Shown piece after piece: positions 1-11,658 of a stretch of DNA of 64,000 nt. A model generated the notes under the pieces. That model made no database searches and had not been told where the DNA came from. It saw only the letters and a list, made by a program, of their open reading frames with translations. Numbering within the stretch: the first letter of the stretch is position 1; every line of letters starts with the position of its first letter. The translations under genes were made by a program, and so were the position numbers. The stretch spans positions 620,001 to 684,000 of the forward strand of contig ML978136.1 of NCBI GenBank assembly GCA_010015805.1, written 5' to 3'. The DNA comes from Rhizodiscina lignyota (lineage: Eukaryota).

Positions 1-224
1 TCACATGACTACGTCTACGGGCCCGGCGGTCAGGGTGTTCTCCAGGATTACCATGGCCGCGACGTCCTGTACTACCATTATGGTGTGTATCAATGTATTC
101 TCTTGTAGTGAGATTGCTAATAGACGGAACAGTCCCAACGTACATCAGCTACTTAGACACGGACAAGCGCTTGGGATGGGACTACATTGATTATGTCGAT
201 GGCTGGCCGGTTCTTGTGTATTAG
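1..224 (+). CDS. 3' end of GH43 endo-1,5-alpha-L-arabinanase (truncated by window start; exons <1-82, 133-224)
   Basis: Not in the ORF track. Frame 1 reads SHDYVYGPGGQGVLQDYHGRDVLYYHY, then intron GTGTGT..GCTAAT..AACAG (83-132), then VPTYISYLDTDKRLGWDYIDYVDGWPVLVY*. This matches the 'SH..VYGPGGQGV...LYYHY...GW..I....GWPV' C-terminus of fungal AbnA-type arabinanases. Confidence 0.85.
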
Positions 225-2096
225 GCACTTCGTGATCTGTTCCTAATTTCAAGAGTACTGCACCGTTTGGTCTTTCGTTGTTATTGGAGCTTAGAGCTGG
301 GGCTTCTTACACTCATTCTCAGTGCCTCGGAGGTGACAAAAAGGTCCGCCGCAGTTAGATACTGAACAGCCAGAATGTAAAGCCTCTACAAGCTATAAAG
401 TAACAAGTTTGTCAACAATGTGTTACTACTGTAATAATCCAGTGGGACGTAAAACTAAGCTTTCCGGTGCGATCTCGTATACGTTGAAGCGCAAAAGCTG
501 CTCGCTATTTTGTCAACCTCAAGAACCCGATCGGTGGAAATTGATGGTACGTTTGAACAATACCTCTCTGTCAGTGGCCACCACCTCTTAGCGGCTATTC
601 CTTTTTAATATGCATTCCTCCTTAACGTCCATCCCTTCCTAATATCCATCCCTTACGGATCGTCGCGTCGAGTATGAAATTCCCAATGGAAGATACCCAG
701 CGTCGAAGCCTCAAGGCTCTGGATTCCGTCGCTCAAAATTAACTGGATTGGCAGGTTGAGATGACTGCTGTCAACGATGTCTCTCTCGAATGCCTCGTCG
801 CGCCCGACCGGATCAGACTTAAGCTCTCGGTGCGAAGTCATTGAGAACACACTCTTCACTGGCTCTGTTGATTTGGTCCAGAGCAGCAATTGGTGCCTGA
901 CAGCTCTCCTATCGATCGAATGGGTCTGAGGATTTCGGTTGCTCCATCGCCTAACGATCCCATCAGTTTGGGCACGTCCAAGAGGAGAGCCGTCTGTTAC
1001 GAAAGAGGTGTGGTCACTTCAGTTGCGTTATTGCCTGCGAGGAACATTTCTATAGAATCTGACAGGGATAGCATTGAAACAAACTATACTAAGAGCGCTG
1101 AAAATGCGACTTGTAAGCGAGGAAAGAAACATCATTGATATACTCTCTGTGACGAGAATGTCTTGGGAAGGCATAATGTAATGGAGATAATATGGTACAG
1201 CACCACTCAGAATCCTCCCATGAGTCCTCTCCCAATTGCAGCCGAGTATTTGGGCTCAAGAACTTTGATAGTTGAGAGCCCTAGCTCACCTCAGCCACGA
1301 AATTGTTGGTCTGGGCTTGTACAGGTAGGTGGTAAGAAGTTTGACGTACTACTGCATGGTGCACAAGTGATTATCCTCACATTCAATAGAAACCAGCAGC
1401 TTCGATGAGAGGCCAGCAGGTGCCTGGGTCTCATCCCGCAGGCTAATGAATGCACTGCTGTGCCGCATGCCTGAGACGCCGCTTCCCCTTCACGGGCAGA
1501 AGACCCAGATTGCGAATCGAAAAGCCACCGTTCGTATCTGTCGGTCATTCGGTCTTTAGCTGTAAGTCAATAGCGCTTGAGCATGGCTGCTGACCGTGGC
1601 AATGTTTTCTTATATCGAGATTAATGTCAGATCACCACCTATGTACGAGTTGCTCAGTGCAAGGACGTTGAGAACCAGGCTCGTATCTTACAATCCGGAG
1701 AGGCATGCCAGCACAGGTGACGACATCTTCCCTCTTTCGCAGTATATTCAGCGTTCTCGCAAATAAATCTCCCAGACTTTGGGGCTGTTTTCAATACGAT
1801 CACTTGTGCTTTACGCGCCGGTTTGATTTTATACCCCTGAAGTTGCTTACAGTCGTCTATCGTGCGCTGGTCCCGGCCCAGTGGTACTTAAGCGCCAGCA
1901 CCCAGTCTTCCGACAAGCCTCAGTTTCATCGCATGTCAGAAAACTGAACATGCTGTGCCTCTCTTAATGTCTGCGCTTTCATGGAATCGAATGGGATCTT
2001 TGGCGAATGTGTCTCTCCAGGGCGGAAACGTCTCCCAATGTCGTCACCCGCAACTTCGCGCCAGCCTCATGAAATGTCGGCAATGGTTCCGCCAGC

Positions 2097-3740
2097 ATGA
2101 ACGAGAAAGCTACTCCGGACAGAATTCTATCTTCTTCTCAAGACAAGAAACTGGTCGGTTGGGTTCTTGAGTCCCCTGGACGTGGCACGCTTTCTCTCAT
2201 CACGACTTGCCTTTTCACAACATTTCTCTGCACTTGGGCAATCATACATCCCCGCGTTACTCGCAGCCCTTCTCGCCGGATCTCTCATAAATTCGCAGTA
2301 TTCGTCAAAACAATACTCGCACCGGAATTCCTGGCTGTCGAGGGCCTCCAAGAATGGAGCCAGGCCCGCAAAATAGTTCAGCAATGCGGACACCTAACCG
2401 ACGGAGAGCTGGACCTAGTCCGAGCATTCTATATCGGCATGCTTGCTCTACGTTACCGCGCCGAACAAGGCCAGAAAGTGATATGGCCAAACCAATACCA
2501 ATGGCTACTTGAACAGCATCTCGTTGATTGGAAGGACCATGAGTCTTGGGGTCTTTCCAGAGAGAACATCAGGGACAAAAGCAACGCGGACACTACGGTC
2601 AAGCTCTTTGCGTTCGTGCAGGTATCCTGGTTCGTTGCACAGAGCATCATGAGAGCAGTCCACGACCTGCCAGTCTCCCAGCTGGAGTCGATGACGCTTA
2701 GCTACGTGCCTATGTTCGTAGTGACATACTTCTTTTGGTGGGCTAAGCCCAAAGATGTGCTCACACCATCGGTTGTTGAGCTTCCAAACATGTCCCTCGA
2801 ACAGAAAGTGACTTTCGAGAACATGTCTGTCGACTCGACGTTTGACGACGAGCATACGAAACAACAAGACTCGTGGTGGAACGTCTGGAAGCTTACGCCT
2901 CGAACATTCGAAAAGGAGGCGAGAGACAAAGCTTTTGAGGAGATGTCTCATAACACACTTTCAAACGTAGCTGACGAAGCAGAACGTGAATCCCACGAAG
3001 ACTCAAAGCAACAGCTCGCCGACGAAAGAGTCGACGCCAAGAAAACTTCTCTCAAACAATCAGCAACTAAGAAGCCGGCGCTCAGGAAGTCTCATACCGA
3101 AATCGTCTCTTCCGCAACCGAGAGACCATCGCTTCGGAGAAACCTGACCGACGTCAAACCTCATGTGCGCAGAACCCCCCCAGAACAGTCGCCTGCCACA
3201 GACGATCCACGACCAACAACTGTCCAAATCACCGACGTCTCCTCCCTCGAGCCAACCTTCGTCGAAAAGGCCATCCGCCGCGCCACAATCGGCCTCCGCA
3301 CCACAAGATCCAGCGGTCTGACCAGCTCCACACAACGACGAGACCGCGTCCTCCCACAGTACCCGTCCGAGACCGTCCTCGCATACTGGGACCCGCAGGT
3401 CTACCACTCCAAGATATGGCCCATCACCTGTCTGTTCGGCGCGTCTTTCGGCGCGCTGCACCTCATAAGCTGGCACACCGTGTTTCCCACGCTCGTGGAG
3501 ACTTGGCTGTGGCGGGTGGCGGCGATTACATCGATTGTGTCGATGCTCATATTCATGCAATTCGACAAGGTCGTGTTGAGATGGGGTGGCCCGCTGACGA
3601 TATTGTCGATTGTGAGTCCGGGCGTATATCTGTTAAGCCGCATCGTCATGATTGGGGGAGTCATTGCGGCGTTCAGAGGAATGGATCCGATAATTTATGA
3701 GACTTATGTTGTTAGTACATACTGGGTACATCTGGTTTGA
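2097..3740 (+). CDS. Uncharacterised multi-pass fungal membrane protein (547 aa)
   Basis: Single long ORF with the motifs GWV..PGRGTLSLITTCLFTTFLCTW, IRDKSNAD..KLFAFVQVSWF, LESMTLSY..FWWAKPKD and FGALHLISW..FPT..E.WLWR, typical of a widespread fungal TM family. It has a charged low-complexity central insertion. Confidence 0.85.
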   Translation: MNEKATPDRILSSSQDKKLVGWVLESPGRGTLSLITTCLFTTFLCTWAIIHPRVTRSPSRRISHKFAVFVKTILAPEFLAVEGLQEWSQARKIVQQCGHLTDGELDLVRAFYIGMLALRYRAEQGQKVIWPNQYQWLLEQHLVDWKDHESWGLSRENIRDKSNADTTVKLFAFVQVSWFVAQSIMRAVHDLPVSQLESMTLSYVPMFVVTYFFWWAKPKDVLTPSVVELPNMSLEQKVTFENMSVDSTFDDEHTKQQDSWWNVWKLTPRTFEKEARDKAFEEMSHNTLSNVADEAERESHEDSKQQLADERVDAKKTSLKQSATKKPALRKSHTEIVSSATERPSLRRNLTDVKPHVRRTPPEQSPATDDPRPTTVQITDVSSLEPTFVEKAIRRATIGLRTTRSSGLTSSTQRRDRVLPQYPSETVLAYWDPQVYHSKIWPITCLFGASFGALHLISWHTVFPTLVETWLWRVAAITSIVSMLIFMQFDKVVLRWGGPLTILSIVSPGVYLLSRIVMIGGVIAAFRGMDPIIYETYVVSTYWVHLV

Positions 3741-3998
3741 GAAAAGCCATCTAGTTTTCACAGTCCAGGTGGACCGAAACGTTGAATTGTGAAAGGAAAG
3801 CGGAATACAAACTGCAATTAGGAAAGATTCATTGTCTAAATAGATCTCCAATGAAAGGTAGTCTATCCTCGCAACGTCTCCCAAAACAGCTTATGGAAAC
3901 AATCACAAACATGACCCTTTCTCGGACCAGGCCAGAAGGAAGGCCACCAAATCTAGGGAAATATGCAGGATCTCTAAAGTAAAGCTTTCTGGCATGCA

Positions 3999-5186
3999 CT
4001 ATCGCGAATCAAGGATCCTCATCACGGCCAAAGTGACGACCTGATTCCCCATTATCACATCATGCAAGCCCGTCTTCAAGATCTCCTCTCTCACAATCCC
4101 GGTCTCTGTTGCCCACTTCGTCACGGTGCCTGCGGGCCCCAGGTCATGCTTCTCGTCCAACCCCGCATGCTCGAGTTCCACACGGCTCACACCGTTGGGC
4201 TTTGTCGCGTTAACTGCGTGCCAGAACAGCTCTTGGCTATGAGTCCAAGGTACATCGTAGTCGTCTTCCGCGTGGATGATTGTGATGCGATACGGTGCAC
4301 CACTGGCTTCGTTGGCGTGAATGTATGCCGCGATTCGATCCTTACTGGACCACTTGTGGACTAGGTATCGCTTGAGGTAGCTGAAGAGTGGGGGAATGTT
4401 GGCAATGGGTCCCAGCAAAGGTATTGTACCGGCGATTTGATATGTGGCCATCAAAGTAGCTGCGTCAACGAACGGCGCTACGAGGACATGGCCGGCAAAG
4501 ACAATAGAGGGAGACTGCAGAGCAAAGTCTTCCGCCACGGCGAGGTTCACAGCTGTTCCCATGGATTGGCCAAAGATAATGATCCGCTCCGGTGGGATTT
4601 CTGCCACTTCCAGAGCCCATTGAACAACTGCAACGGCATCTTGCCGTACACCTTCTTCTGTTGGAGTTCCCTTGCTGCGTCCAAAACCTCGATAGTCGAA
4701 AGTCAGGACATGAATCTTGTTAGGATCGCCCGCGGAGAGAGCACGATAATTTGGGACTCTATAACCTGAGCCCACAGTTCCTGCGGCGCCGTGCATATGA
4801 ATGGCTAGGATGGCATCTGGGTCCTCGCGGAGCAGCTTGAAAGCGTGTCTCGTCCTGATGTCTTGGGTATAACCAGATGATTCTGCTAGAAGTGCAACTT
4901 CATTTTTCCGATACAGTTCGATGGGGAGGATATGCCATGCGAATACCGCATTACCAGAGGGTGAAGGGATGCCAAAGGGAGTGACTTGATTGTGCAGAAA
5001 CCCAAAGATTTCGGGGGTGTTCAAGTCTTTGAACCAGGTCATCTGAATCTTGTGCAAGTATATAACATGGGTTTGGAAAGAGTCCAATGTCAAAAGACCA
5101 ATGAATGAAGCATAGAGCCCAACTAGGACTGCGGTCGAAAGGGAGGCATGTTTGATTAGAAGCGCAACGGCGCTTCCCACACTCAT
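3999..5186 (-). CDS. ABHD12-like alpha/beta hydrolase with N-terminal TM segment
   Basis: Motifs HMHGAAG, FDYRGFGRSKGTPTEEG, nucleophile elbow GQSMG, IIHAEDD and catalytic His in GLHDVI. ATG at 5186 (MSVGSAV) is preferred over the GTG start. Confidence 0.9.
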   Translation of the reverse strand: MSVGSAVALLIKHASLSTAVLVGLYASFIGLLTLDSFQTHVIYLHKIQMTWFKDLNTPEIFGFLHNQVTPFGIPSPSGNAVFAWHILPIELYRKNEVALLAESSGYTQDIRTRHAFKLLREDPDAILAIHMHGAAGTVGSGYRVPNYRALSAGDPNKIHVLTFDYRGFGRSKGTPTEEGVRQDAVAVVQWALEVAEIPPERIIIFGQSMGTAVNLAVAEDFALQSPSIVFAGHVLVAPFVDAATLMATYQIAGTIPLLGPIANIPPLFSYLKRYLVHKWSSKDRIAAYIHANEASGAPYRITIIHAEDDYDVPWTHSQELFWHAVNATKPNGVSRVELEHAGLDEKHDLGPAGTVTKWATETGIVREEILKTGLHDVIMGNQVVTLAVMRILDSR

Positions 5187-5736
5187 ATCGCGGGAGCGTG
5201 GCCAAATTGAATTTGCTTCAAGGAATTCTAGTTGGTAGTGGAAGGGTATCCAAAATGAATAACACGTCACAAATATGGACAGATTTTCAGTCTTGTTATG
5301 CTAAATCCAGAGATAAGGAGGTCGGATTGTAGCCGCTGAGGCTGCGATCCACGGAGTTGCGCGAATTTTCCTCCGCCCAAAAGAGACCAACCTGAAACCT
5401 GGCGCCTCGCTGAGGTGTATTATTACGCAGTCTCCGCCATATCGCGATTCTGGATTTTTCCTATATTATAACATCATAACAGCTACTACTCTAGTAAACA
5501 GCAACATTGTGAAAAGCTAGCTGCTCAACTTGAATTCTGGAAACACATCGCGCAAGGTAGAGCAAGCGATAGCCGTTCTCTGCCTTGAGAGGCAAAATGG
5601 TCAAAGGTAAAGACGCGTCCTGCAACCTTTACAGAGAAAATTTGTCTTCAACTCCTCTTAAAACTCACATGCAATATTTACTTCCATTAATAACGCATCT
5701 GCCACCCTGACGACAGTCCCATATCCACTGCCGGGT

Positions 5737-6504
5737 TCAGACACCAACACCATAACCGAGATACATCTTGATGAAAGAGACGAGAGCCTTCCCATTTAGC
5801 TTCTTGCCTTCGTCATCGTCGCAAAGTCTCTTAGCTCCGTTCGGTGACGTGACGTGAGTCTGCAAAATTGGATCGTTGATTGATCCGTATGAATCGTAGA
5901 CCTTCACCAAAATCTCTGGGTTCGCGCTTTGACCTGTTTGAATGCGGAGCCTGATGAGATTTGGATTGTTCCATATATCAAGCCTTCGCAGATATTGATG
6001 ATATGGCTTGATAGCTTGCAACCATGTGAGCTGGATCTCTTCCTCGCAATGGCAACGAATCTCAAACGCATTGCTGCTGTAGTACAGGGACAGCACTTCG
6101 CCTCTAAGCCCTTTGCTGACTTGCGCAATTGGGGGAATTGGCGACATGATGATTTTGTCATTGTGTTTCTTCTTCATCATGGCGTGAAAAGCGGCACGGA
6201 AGCGGATCTCGCAGTAGTCCCGCGCGCCAACGAAACAGCTGGATGCTTCGAAAGCGTCATCTCCTTCGAATTCATCCTCAACTGTGCCAACACGGCAGTC
6301 CCTGTATTCCGACGACTCCCAGAACCAGCATGGCATACACGCAACGTAGTGGAATTTACCGGTACAGCCCATGAACGCGTAGATACGGTTGCGAATTTCT
6401 GCTGGCACTCGCTCGAATGGGAAGTAATCGGCAAGACCTTGTTTCTTTTGAAGAGCAGTAGCCCAGCCCGCAGGTGGAACCGCAGTCGCCTTTGGCGGAG
6501 CCAT
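5737..6504 (-). CDS. Hypothetical protein with 2EXR/F-box-like N-terminal motif
   Basis: FPFERVPAEIRNRIYAF and PPIAQVSKGLRGEVLSLYYSSNAFEI are typical of this fungal family. The first ATG is at 6504. Confidence 0.7.
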   Translation of the reverse strand: MAPPKATAVPPAGWATALQKKQGLADYFPFERVPAEIRNRIYAFMGCTGKFHYVACMPCWFWESSEYRDCRVGTVEDEFEGDDAFEASSCFVGARDYCEIRFRAAFHAMMKKKHNDKIIMSPIPPIAQVSKGLRGEVLSLYYSSNAFEIRCHCEEEIQLTWLQAIKPYHQYLRRLDIWNNPNLIRLRIQTGQSANPEILVKVYDSYGSINDPILQTHVTSPNGAKRLCDDDEGKKLNGKALVSFIKMYLGYGVGV

Positions 6505-7492
6505 CTCGAGGGCGGTAGCCGCGACGGGTGAAGACAATTAACTGGTCGCGCACAGAGTGAGTAAAATAATGTCTCTCAAATGAAATTGATGTTTTGAACA
6601 CGCGGATGATGAGAGTGAGCCTTACAGATTTTGCGACGCGTCTTGCGTACCACAAGTGGTCGCGACGTGTAGAGACGTTTGACTAGCTCTGCGCGAGAGG
6701 GATTGAAGACGCGTCTTTGAGATGAAATGAGACGAGTTGATCGCGTTGTCGATGAGACTGTGCGATGCGGAGGATGAAGTGGAAGTGGACGGCTGCAGCC
6801 TGAAATACTCCATCTAAGCGGCGTAGATGAGCTCATTAGTTGACTGAAGGAAGGAGCGAGCCACCACCCACCCTTACCGACAAAATCGTCTCTGATGCTC
6901 AGGGAAATAATTGAAATGGCTTGGGAATGCACCTCAAACGTATGTCGGCACATCAGAGTTATTTGAATGCAAAACCCAGCGTTCTGAGGAGAGCGCAACA
7001 AGGTGAGCATGCGGCCCAAAGATTCTTGAGATCCCCTTTCTCTTGATAATGCACAATCTTTTGTCACACAGCAAAGTCGCCACTTATTCGTCTCGGCAGA
7101 AATATCTTCTACATGCCCAAGTACAATCCAGGATCTTGAGCGCCTACCGTGCCATCGTCGTTGCTCCACCTCGCCTCCAGCTCTCCCAGAGATGCGCATA
7201 TCAGCTAAAGCATGACCGAAATTTCACATTGTGATAATAATGTACCAGATGGAAGGCTCGGTACACTGTAGGGTTTCCGCCTAGTTGAAGGATAGGCGTA
7301 GATACGGTTCGTGTAATCCTTTTCTTAGTCTGTCGGATGCGGACTGAGCTTAGGACATCCCATAACGTCAGCAGTAATCCAGAAGAAACATGTGATAATG
7401 TTTGTCCAGTGCAGAACCGCTCGAATGCCTCGTTACCCTTGTTCAGGGTGTAAAACGGACAGAATGACCTATCCGGTTAATCAAATCTAACC

Positions 7493-9069
7493 TCAACCTA
7501 GCTGTGCTCTCATCCTCGCTGGGCCCAAGCCCTTTCTAATCTCATCTAGTTGCTGAAGGCCACCTTGTTGTCTTCCCTTCTTTCTCCCTTTCTGCCCACC
7601 TCCACCATTCGTTGGACCGCCAACCGCGCCACCCACTCCACTTCCCAGAAATTCATCCATCAACCCGTCAAAATCACTCCTCAGCGTCTTCGGCTGCTCC
7701 TTCATCGCGCTCGCTCTACTCGTGCTTGAGAACCCTGAGAGAGCAGACACCTTGCTCATTCCCGTCATACCCGAAGCCATCGACATGCTGTCATCTCCCT
7801 CGTATTCTTCGTCATCAAAGTCGTCGTTTGCGTAGTCTGCTTCCATCTTGCCGAAGCGCGCATCGAGAAGAGTTTGGTTCTCGTTGCGAAAAAGCGCGGA
7901 AGATGTCATAGAGTAGCTCGAGGTGTCTGTCATGGCGCCTTTCCGTCGCTTCGTACGGCCTGGTGGTGGGAGAACAGAGAGTTTTGATGACGCAGTGGTC
8001 ATGATCGTTGATGGAGGTACGTCGACTGAAGCGAATGTGCCCTTTGCAGCTTTCTGATCTTTCTTGAATTTCGAGAACTCTGATAACCATGCGCCGTCGC
8101 CGTGATCGTCAGAAGATCCTGATCCTGGTACTTCCTCATTCAGCGGCCCATCTTCCATTTCAACATCGTCCATTGCCGTCGATCCTGTGACACCTCTGTC
8201 TACCGCTTTTACTGTGTCATCGCTCTCCCACCCCTCGTCGTCCAGGAAATCTCCACTCCGCTCAAACTCTTCCAAACTGACCTCCACTCCATCACCAGCC
8301 AGGGCTCCAAAGACATCTTCTTGATCTTCTGGATCCACGTACGCTTCGTCGTCCAGCGCCTCCAGTACCTCTCGTAGCCTTAGATCCATATCCGGTTGAA
8401 AACCAGCGATGTCTGTCGGTACAGGCAATTGACTCTCGATCACACGATCAGTACGGCTCCTCTCGGACGCATGGGACGGAAACGAATATGCTGATCGCGC
8501 ATCCGCTGGTAATGACGCTGGGACGAGAAGTGGTACGCCGCCGTCCAATTCTCCAGCGTCCGCCGCATCATTATTCGAACTTGCTGTAGTTGGCGGCTCA
8601 AGCTCAAGATCCCGAATCGCATCTTCTAATCTCTGCTTTTGCTTCCCCTTGTTCTTCTGCTGTGATGATGATGACTCAATCCACTGCGCCTCCCCTCCTT
8701 CACCCAGGTCCCGCATATGCTGCATGTAGTCATACTCCGTGTCGTCGTAGTACACGCCATACTCCGCCGCCTCGCCCTCATTGCCTCTCACAGATCCACC
8801 AAACTCTGAAGCAAGGTCGCTGAGTGTAGTAGACCGACTGTTCGATGAATACGAGGATGCACCAGACTGCGATGGTGCGGCGCCATGCTCTTGGAAAACT
8901 ACGGCCGGAGTGGAATCATCGTGGATCAACGGGTCGTGCTGAGGGCGATGGAGGACGGTGAATGTTGTCGCTGTCTTCTTGTCACTGAAATGGCATTAGC
9001 TGAGAAATATCCCAATTGCATGGTGGATTGCGTTGGTCGTGGGGCGCACATGAACTTTCGTCGAGGCAT
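7493..9069 (-). CDS. LTV1: Ltv1, 40S ribosome biogenesis (low temperature viability) protein
   Basis: Exon 1 MPRRKFI is spliced to DKKTATTFTVLHRPQHDPLIHD. Other motifs: GEAAEYGVYYDDTEYDYMQHMRDL, GFQPDMDLRLREVLEALDDEAY and SMTSSALFRNE..LLDARF. Confidence 0.92.
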
Positions 9070-9227
9070 GGTGTCTGTCTAGTCGGGTTGACGATCAACC
9101 TTCTGCTGGTATTGAAGCCGTTTAACTCTTCGTGACTCTAATATCAAATGGATTCAGTTTGCTGCGCAGGGTTTGTGTGTGGATGGCTTTCGGAGATGTC
9201 CAGGACGAAACTGCAATTTCTTGACGT

Positions 9228-9269
9228 TGAAATTTTAGATGGCAGTTTTACGCGAGGGTTTATCGATAA
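9228..9269. promoter_or_regulatory. Candidate ribosome-biogenesis promoter elements upstream of LTV1
   Basis: An RRPE-like TGAAATTTT (9228-9236) and the palindrome TTATCGATAA (9260-9269) lie about 160-200 bp upstream of the LTV1 ATG. Confidence 0.45.
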
Positions 9270-10085
9270 CAATTTCCACTTCCTATTTTAGTAATATTTA
9301 CCATCTTCGTTTCGTATTTTCAAAACACCGCTCCGCTTAATTCGATTCATGCCTCCTTATATCAGGTCAGCAACATGTGCAACTACGAAAGTTTCGGGTA
9401 TGCCCTGATTTAGTTTAAGGTACAAAATTTTATGTAAAGAATCAATAGAACCGCACCTAACTCATGACATGCGCGAACATGATCTCTCCGCCTTCTCGAG
9501 TTGTAAAATTAACTGCCCATCTCCGTTTGCGAGTCTACAGAATACATGGTAGTCATCATGTCGGAATCTCGACGCTATGATCACCTCTTGACAAGTAGCC
9601 CGCCTAAAGACTACGCTATGCTGAAGCTCAATCTGAGCTGCTTCAGTCAACTGTATAGAAATTCCCGAACCATTCGTGGATTTCGAGATGAGGGATCCAA
9701 AGGCTACGGAGTCCTGTGGCCCCGCGCCACCATGCAAGGCTGAAACAACGTTTCTCCAATCACTGCAGCCATCATGTCTTAGCCTTGGTGAAGACTGAGG
9801 CACAGTCATGGATCCTTCAAAACCGGTGAGGTCGAGATTCTCGTGCATGCCGCTTCGTTCTTCGTCCAATTCCATTGGAGTTTATCATTCTGTTGGACGT
9901 TTGTGGATTGCTTTTCCATTTGGTTCATCTCTTCTGCCCCTTTTCTGAGCCAATGCACTTTCTCTCAACGCCATATGGTTCACCAACCAGTCCTCCGTTC
10001 ATGTCATATCAACAACAACACCCCTAAAACTGCTGTCTTTCCTCTACATCAGCGCCTGAGCCTGCTGCTTAAAAAGTTACTACAA

Positions 10086-10992
10086 ATGCCTCGGGTTTAT
10101 CCTAAGCTCATCCTCCTAGTATTACTACCGGCTCTCATAGAAGCTGCTTGTTACATGCCAAATGGCACAGAAGTCCCCGGGGATTCAGTTCAGCCTTGCA
10201 ACCAAGTCCAGAACACACATTCTACGTGCTGCGGTACAAACTTCACCAAAACCGATCTTGCGAACGATATCTGCGATGCGAATGGCTTATGCCAAAATTG
10301 GGTTACGTACCCTGACGGGAGGACAGAAAAGAGTTGGTACAGGGAGTATTGCACCGATCAAACCTGGAACACGCCGTTCTGTCTCAAGAACGTCTGTTTC
10401 ACTAATGGGGTGAGTCTACTCTCCGTCTTGAGAAAGCTACGATACATGAGATTTGTAACCTGACACGAATGAATATTAGACTGAATGGGGCAAAACTGCA
10501 TTGAGCCAATGTTCTGATGGGACGTGGTGTTGCGGCTCCGATGAAGAGAGCACTTGTTGTCAAACTGGGTCAAACAAATTTCGCCTTGCAGCAACTGTTG
10601 GAGCTTCTACCTCAACTTCGACCCAATCTACCTCCACGACGTCCACGCCACGCAAGACTAGCTCGACCTCTTCCGCAAGCGCAAGCGCGACCTCGCTCTC
10701 TCGTAATACCAGCATCACTGACGGAGCAAAGGCGGGAATTGCTGTCGGGGTCGTGGTGGGGACGGTAGCGCTTGCTGGCTTTGGCTATCTGATCTGGCGG
10801 CGGATAAAACACAATTCCGTTACATCTGATACCTTGCGAGAAAAGGGTCTCGAGCCCAACAAGTCCCTACTTCCATACGAGATTGACGGAAACATTGCTC
10901 CGATGGAAGCGGATGGCACACCAAGAGCTGAGATTGACGGCAACATCGCGCGAATAGAAGCGGACGGCACCCCAAGAGCTGAGCTAGAATGA
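10086..10992 (+). CDS. Type I membrane protein: signal peptide, Cys-rich ectodomain, Ser/Thr stalk, one TM helix (Mid2/Wsc-like architecture)
   Basis: Signal peptide MPRVYPKLILLVLLPALIEAA, then CY.PNG..C...STCC...C..NGLC...YREYCTD..W....C...C. An intron starts at GTGAGT near 10410. Exon 2 has CSDGTWCCG, an S/T stretch and the TM segment GIAVGVVVGTVALAGFGYLIWRR. Confidence 0.85.
10879..10983 (+). repeat. Two-copy 51-bp coding tandem repeat (EIDGNIAxxEADGTPRA)
   Basis: gagattgacggaaacattgctccgatggaagcggatggcacaccaagagct is followed directly by gagattgacggcaacatcgcgcgaatagaagcggacggcaccccaagagct. Confidence 0.85.
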
Positions 10993-11658
10993 TCGTATGA
11001 AATCAACCGAAATTCATTCGAGAAGCGTTTCGGTAGTCGCGCTTTACGGTGGCGGCGGCCCACTCTATGTTATGACATTTCGCCGGACGGCAAGCGGTTC
11101 GCGTAGGCTCCATCCTGTAAGACGAGAGAGGAATGGTACGTGAACATTGAGCCACAGGGCCAGTAAGAGAAGGGAGTAGTAAAATCGTTCGAACGGCGTA
11201 ATAGTACGAAATTACTGAGTGGAGCACTGCGCGAGAAATTCAGCGATGTGCACCGGAAGCTCGAAAAGGCTTAAAGTTCCCAATTGGGCTCGAAGAAGGT
11301 TATAACGGGCTCCTCAAGCCCAAACTGGCGCTGAAATGGCCATGTGAAGTGTACTTGCATGCGTTTTGGGTCTTCCAAGGTTCTTGAAAAGAAGCCTGCG
11401 AAAATTGCGGGACGAACCTCAGTATTTCGCGGCAAGCTCACAGGAATGTTCCTTTGAGCAATAAGATCAATGGGGAAAACTGCCATTATTATGGATATCG
11501 AACTGATGAAGATTAGAACAGATTGAGATATGATGAATAGAGATTTTGTACCTCGTTTAAATCGTACATTTATTTATACACTATACATGTCGCTGTGGTA
11601 TCTTTCAATCTATGTGCCTTCCAGAACGCCATGGCAATGCATGATTGGAGAACCTGTT

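Noticed and set aside
230..2090. Short ORFs between the GH43 gene and the membrane-protein gene
   Set aside because: No recognisable domains, transposase fragments or terminal repeats.
6636..6714. Two GACGCGTC (MCB-like) palindromes upstream of the 2EXR-like gene
   Set aside because: They probably lie in a transcribed leader (intron-like signals near 6545-6625), and nothing links this gene to the cell cycle; chance occurrence is plausible.
9462..9875. 137-aa minus-strand ORF between LTV1 and the Cys-rich membrane protein gene
   Set aside because: No motifs, splice evidence or coding-like composition; treated as intergenic.
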